64,000 bases of DNA from Prorocentrum cordatum (Eukaryota): contig CAUYUJ010000048.1 in NCBI GenBank assembly GCA_963575745.1, positions 1 to 64,000 on the forward strand. Direction: 5' to 3'. Below the pieces are notes generated by a model, which was given only the letters and a program-made list of their open reading frames with translations, did no database searches and was not told the DNA's origin. A program made the translations under genes and the position numbers. This document shows, piece by piece, positions 1 to 12,701 of this stretch (its first letter is position 1; each line of letters starts with the position of its first letter).

Positions 1-987
1 GGCCCCGCCCCGCGGCCGAAGAGCCCCGCGCGGTGGGCCTCGGCCGACGCCGACGCCGCTTCAGGCGCCGACGACGACGCCGACGCCGCTTCAGACGCCG
101 ACGACGATGACCCGTGTCGTCGTCGTGTGGCAGCTTTCTTGGCGTCCCTGGGGTTTGTCGGCGCCCTGGCCGCCGCCGACTGTGACGTGAGAAACGGCAA
201 CGACGCCGCGGACGACCGCGGCGGGGAGGAGGAGGAGTAGGAGGAGGAGAAGGAAGAGGAGGAGGAGGAGGAGGAGGAGAAGGATGACCCTGCCCATGCT
301 CCCGTGGAAATGTTGCGTGTCTTGGCGTCTTCGAGTTTTTTGTTTGTCTTGTTGCCGCTCATCCTGCTGCTAGTGCTCCCCGCCCGCCTTCATGTCAGTT
401 CGGCTCATGAAAAGGGTTCCGAGGTAGAGGGGGACCCTGATGCTTTTCGCCGTCTGCGGTCTCACATGAATCTACTGGCGATGAATGGCTTGCTTTGGGG
501 AACACCTTCGGGTCAGGGATCCGTTTTCCTCAGGACCCGTTTCTTTGATACCGACTCTTTTCCCCGCCTTTCTGTTTTTTTAGTTCCTCTTAATCGTCTT
601 CCTCGTCCAGCCAGCCTCCTGGTCTTCAGGTATTCGAGATGTTTATGTCGTCCTGGATCTGCTAGACGTTACGTATTCGAGTTTTCGGCTCTTCGGGTCT
701 TTAGGTTTTCGTGTCGTCAGTCTGCGGGTCTTCAGGGCCATCTTCGGGCGATCAAGGAAGTCTCCTTATCTTCAGGTCGCCGGGCGAGCGAGAAGGCCTG
801 TAGCAGCCACGTTGGAAGCCTCGATCAAACAACGCCCGTTGCGATTCTCTCGCGGCGATGGAGGTCTGGACCTTCAGCCCTGGACGCTTTGACGGCGAGC
901 TCCGGAGCGACTCACCCACGGTTTGCACGCGGCCTTCTTCACGTGACCTTCGACGTCAGTGCCGTCCACAGTGTCGACAGGCGACGA

Positions 988-1270
988 CTACGATGACGAC
1001 GTTTCGGCCGAGGCTCTGCGGCGGCGTCGGCCGAGGAGGACCCCTCCGCGGCGCGGCCGCTTTGCCGCCTCGGAGCCGGCGAGGAAAATCAAGTGCAGCT
1101 CCGCGGCCGTGCATCGGCTCGTGCAGAGGTGGAGGGGAAGCTTGAGGTTGCAGAACAGGTGGTCCCGCCCTTTCGCGCAATCTTGTGGCACCTGGGGCCC
1201 TCCGGATCTCGTGAAGGGCACTCTGGAGGAGCTCCGGAGGCAACCCGGGGCCACCCCGGGCCAGGGCCAC
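988..1270 (-). CDS. Possible coding exon of unknown function
   Basis: GC3-rich frame reading CAKGRDHLFCNLKLPLHLCTSRCTAAELHLIFLAG and ending at a stop. No domain recognised. Confidence 0.25.
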
Positions 1271-4200
1271 CTTTGGCAACACCCGAGGAAGGGGGGAGGG
1301 GCCGCCAGCGGGAGTGAGGAAAGAACGGGGACCGGACGGACGGCGGCGGAGCGCTGGCGGCGTGCTGGGCGGCGGGGCGGCTGAGCGCGCCCTTCTAGAC
1401 TCTCTGGTGGTCTGCGGACGGGGGAGGGAGGGGAGGGAGGGAGGCTGACGCCGAAGACGGCCCGAGGCTCGAGGCAGGCACTACGCTGGACCCAGACTCG
1501 TCCGCACGTGTCCTGCCTGGTGGTCACCCTCGTTAGCCGTGGCCCAGCTGGGAGGAGGACAGTAGACGCAAATGTGAGGAGGTAGGGAAGAGGGAGTTGA
1601 TGGTGGAGGGAGGGAGGCAGGGAGGTAGACGGTCGTCGACGTTTCCCATTCGTCCATGCCGACATGTGCGCTTCAAGGTCAATCTGTGGCATGCTCCGTC
1701 GATACCACTGTCCGCCATCTCTAACTGTCTCAAGATCAGTCAGACGACTTTGTGCGTGTCCTACGCTTTCGGGAATCGAGAGAAGGAATCAGTGAGGAGT
1801 ATTGAAGGACGGAGGGAGGGAGGGAGGGAGGGAGGGGCGGAGAGAGGGCAGGTTCGCCAGGTAGGAGACGAGGATGAGAAGGACGGGGGGGAGAAGGAGG
1901 GGAGGTGATGGAGGAGGGTGAGAGGGAGGTGTATGGTCCTTAGACAAGGATAGGGGAAGGGGAAGTATAATGAGGAGGACACTCAGGTAAGGAGTGAGAG
2001 AGTGAATCAGGAGCTTGTTCCAGGTAAGTAATGATCATGCGGAGCATGATGCCGAGGAAGATTACGCTAATCGTTAGTTCGCCAGGGAGGATTCGGAGAG
2101 GGTGGAGGAGGAGGATGAATCGGAAGGGTAGAGGCGAGCAGCGGAGCCAGGAGGAGGATACTCAGGTAAGGAGGTGGGATGAGAACAGGTATATGGCGAA
2201 CATGGAGAGGATGAAGGATGAGGATCGCCATTCCGGTATCGGAGAACCGGGGGAGAAAGCAGAGGGAGAGATGACAGCAGCAGGGGACAGAGGCAGATGA
2301 CGAGGGGAGGAGGAAAAGGGATGACAATGTAGGGAACGTGGCCCAGGGAGATCGGACGCAGCGTAATTTACAATGCATCGTGGTCCTGGTAGCGCGGACG
2401 CAGTGTCATTTCCGAGGGATCATGGCCTTGGGGGGCAGACACAGTGTAAATTGGAAGTGGCCCTGGGAGCGCGGACAGCGTAATTCTTGACGCTCCGCGT
2501 GTCTCCCCCAGCCCCCCTGGCTTCTACTCTGTGTACCCGCTAGCGCTCCCTGGTCACACCCTGCCAGAGCGCCGCGCCATTTTGGCTGCGTCCCAACCGC
2601 GGTTGGTTAATTCGCTGCAGTTCAATTCACACCTGGTGGCCCTGCTCTCAGGTTGTCGCACGCTTGCAGCCCCCTGGCAGCCCCAGTAGCTTGCAGCCCC
2701 AGCCCCCGGCTCCTCTTGCTGTTCCGGCGCTCAGGCTTCGGCGGTAGGTCTTGCTCTGCTTCGCGCTAGGTAATTAGGCCCCAGCGCGGCCCGCTCGGAC
2801 CTTGCACGCCGTTGGCGCGCTCGCCTACAGCTGCTAACAACAAATCTCCCCCAGCCTGTATTGCAAGCGAGCTGTCCCCTTCACGGGCTGGGTGGGTGGA
2901 TGGATGTCTCGTGTGGTTTATCCTACGTCTAGTCCTCGCCGTCAGCGGCCACTTGTCAGCGTTGTGTGCGACTTTGGTGGCGCCACTCCCATGCAATAGT
3001 CTCCTGGTCAGTGAGTTCTTCCTGGCCTAGCTGGTGTCAGCGGTATTTCGTGATGGTGCTCTTGGCTTCATGCTGGTATCGCTTCCGCGCCATTTTGGCT
3101 GCGCCCCAACCTTGGTGGGCTAATTATGCATGCGCTCGCACCTGGACCTGTTTCCTGGCAGCTGCAGCCCGCACCACCTCTCGCTTCTGGTCCGCTTAGG
3201 TGCTGCTTGGGCCACCGTCTTGCCGGCGCGTTAGGCAAGTAGGTTCGTGCGTAGCCCGCTCGTCCCGTTTGGCGCCGCCTGCGCCTTCGTTTGCGGCTGC
3301 GACAAAAAAGGGTCTCCCCCAGCCGCTCGGGCTTCTACTGGGACGTGCTGCCGCTGTCTGCTCCTGGGCCCTGCGGTCACCTGGTCCGTACGCGAGGTTT
3401 TGGCACCCGTCGGCTGAATAGGTTTTGAGCTCCCTGTCGCCCGCCCACTTACGGCAAGTGCACGGCGTACAGCAAGTTCTAGGTGTTCACCTGCTCGTTC
3501 TTCTACCTCTGAGCTGCGGCTTGTGCTTGTTTTCTTCTCGTTCCTTTCAGTTTCCTCTCTCGTTCGCTTCGCTCTCTCTTGCTCTTCGCTTTCTTCGTCG
3601 TTTCGCCCCCTCCTGCTTCGCCCGCGGTGCGTGTAGCGCTGGCTCGGTGTAGCGGCCCCTTCCTTTCCGCGCGACCTTACGTCGCCGCGCGGGTGTCCGC
3701 TCGCGGTCGCGATCAAAAAAATGCCTCCACCAACCCATCCAGAAACGATGCCCATGAGAGATGACGGGGGGGAGAGGAGAAGAGACACGCATAGTCAAAC
3801 AGCGAGGGAGGCATGAGAGGCTTCGTGGTCATCTCGAGCCGCCTTGGACCTGTTTCGGGGCCGCTTGGAACATCTTGGGAACCATCTTGAGCCAGTTTGG
3901 GCTATCTGAGCCATCTTGGAGGTCATCTTTGGCTCTCTGAGGCCGCTCGGGGCCTCTTGGAGGCCTCTCGGGTGCCTCTTGGAGGCCTCTTGGGGCTTCT
4001 TGCGGCGCTCTTCGGGCTCTCTTGGGAGCCTCTTGGGAGCCCTGCAAGGTCTCTTGGGGCCATCTTGGCGGCGGCCGGTCAAAAAAAGGGGGACACTCGA
4101 TGTTCGTCCACCCCTCGGGGGCCACGCTCATCGTGAACGGTGTCAAGAATTTACCCTCCCAGGGGCCGAGAAAAAAGACCTTCTGACACCTCGCGGCCCC

Positions 4201-4324
4201 TCCCAAGAAACCTCAGGGAGGAGGGGGGGAGGAGGGTTCCCCTCCCCGGAGGTAAGAGGGGTTGTGGAATAGGAAAGAGACCCTCCTTGGACCACCTGTC
4301 GCCCAAAAGGCTGGTGGGATTCAT

Positions 4325-4500
4325 GCTGGATCGCAGCCCTGGGAGCGCGGACGCAGCGTAGTTTACGTGGGATCGCGGCCCAGGGAGAGCGGTCGCAGCT
4401 TCATTTCCGATGGATCATGGCCCTGGGAGCGCGGACGCATTGTAATTGCACGACCCCTGGTGCGTCCCCTGGGACGTTCCGACTCCCGTCCCCCTGGCAT
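4325..4500 (+). repeat. About 42-bp tandem repeat (ggccctgggagcgcggacgcag), also at about 2340-2490
   Basis: The motif recurs directly in both blocks. Confidence 0.7.
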
Positions 4501-6799
4501 GTCCCCTTGTCAATTAGCTCTGGGGCAGCTACTATTTGCTCAGGCAACTCGAGCTTAAGGTCCAGATCGGTCCGGTTAAGGACCCGGATGCAAAGGGGGA
4601 CTCGATCCACAACGCTATAGAGCACAATCGCGGCATGGCACATCGCAAGTCAGCACGTCGCAGCACAGCACAGCCTTTGGCACTGTACGTCAAGATCGAT
4701 ACACAGCATTGCATTTGCCCGTTCCCAACCAGGTGTTCTGAAGACGTTGCCATGCCTCATGGTTCTGTATTCCTTTCCGGGTTTGTGGGCCGATCATGTT
4801 TCGAAAGGGACGGTTGGCCTATATAGCAGGCACCCAGTGAAAAGTGATCACGGGGCTCCCGCGCGTGATCCAGATGTTGGTGCAATTTGCACTTTGTATG
4901 CTTTTGTTTGCCAGGGATGGTGTGTGTGTGTGGGGGGGGCATTGTATACAGTAGGCAATATGCCGGCCCCGCCGTCCTTGTCAAAAACAACTGCAGAGTG
5001 GTCGCGGGGTTCCTGCGCATGATCCAGATTCTGGTGCAAACTGCGGTTATTGTCCCAGGAATGATGTGTGTTGGGAGTCTTGGCGTTGCATACGACAGGC
5101 AATATGTCTCCCACCGGGCGCCCGTGCATGATCCAGATTTTGGTGCAATGTGTTCGATGTCGTACTCTTGCAATGGATGGTGGAGAGGGGGGGTCGGCGT
5201 TGGCCCGGGTTTGTCATCGGTCGTGTGTGGGGGAGGGGGTGTAGATAAAAAAGTAGTAGTGATATGTCCTTTTCCCGAACAGGGGAAGGAGGGGCTTTGG
5301 AAGAGGGAAGAAAAGAAATCGTTATACCACTTGCGCCCAGAGTGCTTGTGGAATGCTAGTGATCTTGTTGAAATGAGTCGGACTTCAGAAGAAATGCTCA
5401 GTGAGTGGGGGGCCCACCTGCCAGTGTCGCCCGGGAGGCACTGGAGCCTTGCGTCTCGTTTTTCTTCGTGGAGCCTCCCTCAGAGCGCCGCCAGGGCTGG
5501 CCGGATGTTAGCACATATTCGCCTCAGATGTGTTTCGCACAAGACGCGGGAGGTGCAGCCCGCCTCCTTGCGCCGCTTGGAAGGCGATCTAAATCAAGAG
5601 GAAGGATGATGAGGTGGGAGCAGGCGGAGAACGAAGGTCTATGGCGCCGGCGTTCCTCGCTCGAGCGACCCGCCCCCTACCCCCGACGGCACGGGCGTCA
5701 TGGCGTTGTCGGTCGCGCCCCTGCCCCTTGCGCCCCCGGCGAGAGGCTCGGCTGGCCAAGACACCTCGCATGCGGCCTCGATGGCGTCGTACGCTTCGTC
5801 ATCGTGGTGGTTGTCGTGGTGCACATGGTGATCATGGTCGTCGTCTTCATCGACGACGTCGTCGTCATCGGCATGGTCGCCAGCATGGTCATCGTCGTCG
5901 CTGTTGTCCTTGTCGCTGTCGTCGTCGTCGTCGGGAGAGGAGAGGAGAGGAGGAGGAAGAGGAGGAGTGGAAGAGGAAGAGGAGGACCAGTACAATCCTA
6001 AGACGCATCAACGATGTTGCAATAACCGTCCCCCTCCACGTTCTCTCTTCACAGGTCCCTACAAGAAAGAGATGATTTTCATTGCGGGAAGTGCCCCGTT
6101 GAAGTTGATTCGTATGAGAATCGGCAATTTTGCAAAAAGCACCGTTGCTGGCACTTCGCCGCGAAGCCAAGTAACCGTCGCGTCCATTTGCGTCTTAACA
6201 GACCAGAGTCATGCCAGCATATCATCCCTGGCACCTCAACACCGTGAATCAACATGACTATGGCGTCCTGACCGTCATAGATCGTGCCAGACCTCACTTC
6301 TTGGGACTTCAACCGTACGATTCCTGGAAGCTGCTGTAACTCTTGCGCTTTGCGTATCCCCACCACTGCGGACGTTCTCTGACGGTCTTCGTTCTGGTCT
6401 TCCTCTAGGTGGAGTTGTGGACATCGCCCTCTCGGGGCTCGAGGTCATTTACCTCTTTGCATCGTTCGGTCCTCCTCTCAAGTCCTACTTGTTCGGCAAG
6501 TTTGCGGTGCACCGCCGCCCGCGTCTCCATCTTCCTGGGTCAGAGGGGCGCTCGTTCATCTCTCGCCGCCGTCGAGGCCCGCGTGTTCGGGAAGGCTACG
6601 TGAGGTACCTTGTGCAGCGCGGGCTTCACTGCATCTTCGCCGGGCTCGCTGTTCGGCTTCTCGGCACCTACATCGTGTTCCTGGTGCCGCTCCGCTACTT
6701 CGCGCCATTTTGGAAGCGTTGAGTCTCGCTCCGCACCGGGCGTCGCTCGTTGCTCTGTTTTTTCCTTTCGCAGGAAGCACAGCCCTGCCTGCCCCGCGT

Positions 6800-9700
6800 C
6801 CGACCAGCTTCGCGCGCCTGCGCACCCCACAATGATATCCTCACCAGCCCATTCAGAAACGATCGCCAAGATTATTGAAGCCTCTAGGAGGTTATCTAGA
6901 GCCATGCTCGGCCAGAGGCTGTGGGAGGCTATCTTGAGCTATGCTGAGGTATCTTGGGCCCCTCAAGAAAACCATCACTCCACCCAGGGGCCCGAGGGGT
7001 GGGTCGGGGATACATGTTGTTACTGTTCCCCTGTCGTCCCTCCTTCGGACTCGCTCCCACGCGAAACACGATCCACATAGGGCCCTAGACTGGCTCGTTT
7101 CGAGGTTTCGCGAGGTCCAGGGTCTTGCAGGAAAGCTGGCTGCAGGACAGTCTGGGCCGTCATCCTGCACGAGTGCGCCTCGCGTGTCCAGGGCAGCGCG
7201 CTCGCCTCGTACTTCGCTTGCCGAGCTCCTCAGGGTATTGATTCGTCTTGAACGTCACGGAGGACCTTTCAAAACCCACTGGCCACAGCATATGAGCTTT
7301 TGGCATTCGGTCACATTTGTTGTAGCAGCCAGGTGTGCCTCCTATATGAGCACGGGGCAGTGGGAGTACATTATCCGGCAGTCGGAGGAGTACGTCGATT
7401 TTGTGCACTTCTTTGCGGCGGAAGCCCTGCCCAAGCCAGAAACCATCCAGAGGCAGTCGTGGAGAGAGTGGTGTGACCAAGCCCTGGCCACGGCTTCGGG
7501 CAAAGGGGTTTTTCGTTATCTTCGGGAAAAGCCTTTGCTGGATGTTGACGTCACCGAGGGGCCAGACGGTTACACGTCCCTTCTATCAGGGCACCTCGAT
7601 GGAGAATATGATCATTGGATGCGCACTTGGAAAGGGAGCCCCTCCCCATTGGAACAACCGTCCTGGCTTGAAGAGCTTCCCTCGATGGAGATCCCTGAGG
7701 CTGAAGACCCTGATGCCATTGCTTCTGCATCCAAGGCGTTCAAAAAGAACACGTGCCAACCAGACCGGGTACACCCCAGGCACTTCGCTCTACTATGCCG
7801 CCCGGCTCGGGCTGTCTTGGCGAAGATCTTCGTCCTCGTGGACGCTTTGGGGGTCCACCCGGTGCAGTTGCAGGAGGTCCTTATCCTCCTGGCCCGCAAA
7901 GCAAAGGGGCCAGGTCGGCGACCGATTGGCCACTTTCCTGCATTTCCTCGTCTGAAAGGGCGGCTTTTGGCACAGAGGCTCCGCTCCTGGGATGCTCAGA
8001 TGGGAGGGGGGCCAGCCTTCAGCATGGGGAAGGGGCGCTCGGTGGAGGACACTGTCTGGAGGCAGGCAGTGCGCGCCGAATCTGCAGCCACTTCCAGAAT
8101 GCACTTCCTGGCTTTGTTTTGGGATGTCAAACAATTTTACGAACATATTGTCCACAAGGGTCTTGCCGATCAATGTGGTGTCTCAGGTTTTCCCTGGTAT
8201 ATTTTGGCCCAGACTGTACGGTCATACCGATGGCCTCGGCGCATTTTCTTGGAAGGGATCCTGAGTGCACAGATGTGGCCGGATGAAGGTATCATAGCCG
8301 GTTCTGCCACAGCGACCTTCGAAGCGAAAGCATATTTGATCCCTCTGCTCCAGGATCCTGCTGTGTCTGTCACTTGGCAGGCGAGCGAGGGCACAGGCGC
8401 GACGGTACACATCGATGACATGGGCTTGTTCTCTTGGAACACCCTCATCGAAGACTGCGTGGACCACATGGTGACGCTTGCGACTCGCATGTACTCTGGT
8501 TTGGAGAGGGCAAATCTTTCCCTTGCTATGCGTAAGGTCTGCACCACTGCCTCGTCGGCCAAGTTGTTGGACGCGGCTCGGAAACGTCTCCCTGCCGAGC
8601 TCTTTGGTACTGGGGTTCACTCTGCGGCCAACCTTGGCATTGATTTCTCTGCAGGGAAGGCAAAAGGTACCAAGTGAGTATTGCGAGGCCAGCGGTGGAC
8701 CAAGGCACGGGGTCGCATCCGCAAGCTCCGCAACATCAAGCTGACCTCCCCCACTCGCAAGGGTAAGAGCATCAAGCCCAGGTTCTTCAAAGCGTCCGTG
8801 CAGTCTGGACTTGCGTTCGGGGGCAAGGTTCACGGCTATACCCCCTCGGAGCTCGTTCGCCTTCGTCAACATGTCAGGGGTCTGTCAGGGCACCCTGCAC
8901 CTGGGGCCCACGTTGATATCTGGTGGGCGTTTGCTCCGGAGCAGGACCCCATGGACCTGGGTGCTAGTACCCTCTGGCGGTATTGTTACGAGTGGTGGAT
9001 GTTGTCTGGCACGTCGCCACTCCAGCACAGGCATGCCGACATCATGACAGCCAAGGAGTTGCGCAATGCTTTCGAGAGGGCTGTTTTGCATCTCAGGAAC
9101 ACCAAGAAAACATCGTGGCTTGGAAAATCCCGCGGTCCTCTCACTGAGATGCTGCAGTGGGTCGCTCAGGCGGGATGGTCGTTCCAGGATGCTACCCATC
9201 TTGTGAGCCCAGAGGGGCAGGCCTACTCTCTCCTTGAGTTTCCTCCCCAGTGGCGCACCTCCCTTTTTAACGAAAGCATTAAATCTCGTAGTCTGCAGGC
9301 TGCTGTTATATCTAAGCTGGGCGTGAATCCTCACCCCTACGGGCAAGCAGTGCTCGATCAGGGAATGTGGAGAATCCAAATCTGCCGAGTGCTGAGGCAA
9401 GCCAGGAGGAAGCTCAGCACTCGGGAGATGTCGTGCGTGCATGGGCTCTTGGGGGATTGTTTAGTTACTGCCACCCTCTTGTCCAAGTGGGATTATAATA
9501 TTTCCCCGGCATGCCCGCACTGCAACGATGGTACTTTAGACACGCCGTTCCACCGACTCTGGGAGTGCCCTCGTTGCGGGCCCCTCCGAGACCAAGAGCT
9601 GGGGAAATTTGTCGAGCGGGCAGTTGCTGCAGGCCACACCCATCCGCTCTATGCGCATTTGTGGCTTGCTGCCCCTGATGTCGACCCCCCAATGGTAGAT

Positions 9701-10780
9701 TGGGGGTTTGCCTACAGAGATGGGCAGGGGCCGTGCGGTAAGTTCCAATTCGATCCCAGCCGGCCCACTTATGTTGATGGTTCGTGCCTCAATCCCGGGG
9801 TGGACATGCTGGAGAGAGGAGGTCTGGCGGCATGCCAGATAGATGATGATGGCAACCTCCTGCGCGCTGTTTCGTCTCCGCAGCCGCGGATTCTGCCCCA
9901 GCATGCTGTCCATTGTGAGCATTCTGGGCTTGTCATGGCCGGGCTGCATTCGGATCTGGCGCAGTCTCCAGAGTTTGCTGTGGACTGCAGGGCCCTCTTC
10001 AAAGGGATCACACAGCCGGCCTCTAGCCTGAAAGGCGCCACCTTGTTCAGCCACTACTGGAGGGTACTGGCCCATGCCACGCCAGGACCCTGGATTTCTT
10101 CATCACATGTCAAAGCTCATCGTAGCCTAGACGACGCTGTCTCTGAACAGGACCGTGTTCGTATCCTCGGCAACAAAATGGCCGACACTCTGGCCAAAGA
10201 GGCGGCGGGCAAGCATGACCTTGATCCCACCACCCGCTCAGACACGACGATTGCTCTTGAAGAGTTTCTGGAGCTCGTGATTAGTGCAGGGAGGGTGCTT
10301 GCTAGCTGGCCTCCTGCGCGTGAGTACTTTGGCCCCCTGTCCAAGGTCCTTCGGCCCCGCCCTCCTCCCCGCCCTTTTGTCTCCTCCCACACCCCCACCT
10401 GGACAGGCAAGGGCTATCGTTGCACCACGTGTTTAAAACGCATCGCCCCTCACTGCAGAAGGCAGTGCTCTCAAGAATATCCTCATGCCCTCACAGATGC
10501 AATCAATCAGCGCCGTGCCCTTCACCATTCCCTCGATATGGGATGGATTGATGGGAGCAGCATGCCAATTATTTATTGCACACTGTGTGGGGGTTACAGC
10601 ATGGGGAGGGGTACAAAGCTCCAACAGCCCTGCCTCAGTGAAGACCACCGCAGGTGTCAGAATGAGAGGGGTTCTCTGGCACCGGGGCCCCCCCGGGTCA
10701 GCAGCGAGCTCCGCAAGCTCCGCCGGGGCGAAGTGCCTGGGACCACCCTCACCTTCTCCAGAGTCATCCACTTGGGGTGA
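6800..10780 (+). mobile_element. 5'-truncated LINE related to the 49-56 kb element (RT, zinc finger, RNase H, zinc finger)
   Basis: Same downstream domain order and a weakly similar post-APE linker. No APE or ORF1 is recognisable upstream. The 5' boundary is approximate and the 3' UTR probably extends to about 11250. Confidence 0.88.
6941..10780 (+). pseudogene. LINE ORF2 remnant split by one in-frame TGA at 8675-8677
   Basis: ORFs 6941-8677 and 8681-10780 are in the same frame. RT motifs RRPIG, WDVKQFYE, GIIAGS, HIDD (8408-8419), LGID. Zinc finger CPHC..HRLWEC. RNase H motifs YVDGS, CEH, VDC, HVKAH, GNKMAD. C-terminal CTLCG..C. Confidence 0.88.
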
Positions 10781-12469
10781 TCAACGGTCGGAGCGTCCAG
10801 ACCGTTACGCCCAGCCCCCACCTGGGGTGATAGTTCGCTGGGGACGGGGCAGACATGGGGAGGCTTGGGTGGGGATGAGGAGGAGCGTTGATTTTTACGT
10901 CTCGTTTCAAGCCCCTTTCCTGTCCCAGGGGATCTGTGAATCGATGCTCTTGATAATTTGCCGGGGTCTTTTCTGCGCGCCGATGCTCTTGATTTTGCGT
11001 CGGGGCAGCTTCGGCGCGCCAGTGCGAGGGACCTGGCAAACGTCAAGGAGTGAGTGCAGCCGCATGCCATACGTGCGGCTGCAATCAGAACGTCCTGAGG
11101 AGGACGGGGCTGATGCGGACCCAGCCCCCGTGAACCGTTCTTAATTACGCGGGGTTCATCTTGGGGGCAAATTTTCGGGGCTGGGTCCCATCCTTGTCAG
11201 GCGCGCGTTTGCTGTGCTCGCACGGCCGCGCTCTTCAGTGCTATCAGTGCTATCAGGAGGAGTGCGGCACGAGGAAGATGCGGAGGAGCAGGGAGGAGCA
11301 GGGAGGAGGCAGGAAAGGAAGAGGGAAGGCACGGACGATGACAAAGAGCATGCGAACTCGGGATTTGGAGGTATGTTGGTGTGAAAGGTTCATGAAGGAC
11401 GATGGAATCTTAAGGGCTCTCTTGGGGTCCCCGTGGGGCCTCATGGGGCACTCTTGGGGCCCTCTTGGGGCGGGTTTGAGTGTCTCGGGGCCTTCGTGGG
11501 GTTCATTGGAGGGGTCTATGAGGCCTCTTGTGCCCCATTGCTCCTATGAGGAGGGTGTACCCAATTCAGGCCCCCCCTTCATCGGATGCTCAAGGATGGC
11601 GTCTTGGGGCCCTCTTGGGCCGCTCTTGGAGCGCTCTTGGGCGCTCGTTCGGCCCTCGGGCTCTCTAGGGCCCCTCTTGGGCCTCTCTATGGCCGTCTTG
11701 AGGCCATCTTGAGTCCTCAATAGCCCATCGGAGGCGACATAATGAGAAGGCAACACATATTCGGTTTCCTGAGGTGTTATAAACGTTTGGCCCCTTAGAG
11801 GGTGCCTACTTAGAACCGTCTTGGGGCTGTCTTGGATACTTCGAGGCATGTCGGAGGTAATTTCGAACCATCTTCGGCCAACCTGAGCCATCTTGGAGGC
11901 CGTCTTGGGGTGGCGGAGACTCTCCAGGGGCCATCTTGGGCCCATCTTGAAATTCGAACTACCCGGGCCCCTTCCGGGAGGGGACCCCCCCCGAGCAGGG
12001 GGGGGAGGTGGAAATATGTCAATTATTGAATCACCTACGCCTTGAGGGTTGGTGGGGTTGTTAAAACACATGGGCGCGGCGCGAAGGCGGCAGCCACAGT
12101 TTGAAAACGCCCTGTGTTCCATCCTCGAAGTTGTTGCAACGTTCAAGCGTTAGGGTCACAACTGGCGAGGAAGTCTCTGGCGAAACGCCCAGCCCGTTTT
12201 ACCGACGCGTCTGGGGATGAGACAGGGAGGGTTCCTGTATCGAAGGGACAGGGATGACGGAGGAGGATGATAATCATGAGGATGAGGAGGTGGAGGACGA
12301 GGAATAGGAGATCCCAGGTTTTAAGTTCTACGTACTTGTTGGTGGTTGGTCCTGGAGTCCTGGGGATCTCCTGCGCTCGTGCCTGGGTGGTGGTTCTGAT
12401 GTTGTCAGGTCTGCTGCTGCTGCTTCTCCTCCTCGCTACTGCTGCTGCTGCTGCTCCGCCTCGTCCTCC

Positions 12470-12701
12470 CCTCTGGTGAGGGCGGCAAATAATGTCTATT
12501 TGTTTGGCAGGGTCAGGCTGCCATCATGCCTGGATCGGAAGGCTCGCGCACGGGGACCACGCACAAGCGGTAGAGCGTGCGTTGCCGACTGGGCGCCCAC
12601 GAACCACGACAGTTACGGAAAGAAGGAGGGCGAAGGGGACCGCGAGAGGGAAGAAAAGCAAGGGCCGATGCAATTTGGCACGGATCATCCGCTCCCGTCG
12701 G
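12470..12701. repeat. Pseudo-LTR copy 1 (3' end of the Penelope-like element)
   Basis: Shares gctgccatcatgcct.gatcggaaggctcg...cacgcacaagcggtagagcgt...ccgctcccgtcgg with 15892-16106. Confidence 0.85.

Noticed and set aside
4855..5155. Three spaced copies of tgatccagat.(t/c)tggtgcaa
   Set aside because: The intervening sequences also resemble each other, so this is a decayed tandem duplication and not a repeat-spacer array.
6700..6725. GCCATTTTGG upstream of the first LINE as an SL relic
   Set aside because: Only 10 nt match, the flanks disagree, and the element is 5'-truncated so no SL is expected there.
6010..6790. Protein-like minus-strand fragments upstream of the first LINE; similar unexplained stretches at about 21250-22350 and 39050-39700
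   Set aside because: No motif could be identified; a frameshift-aware homology search is needed.
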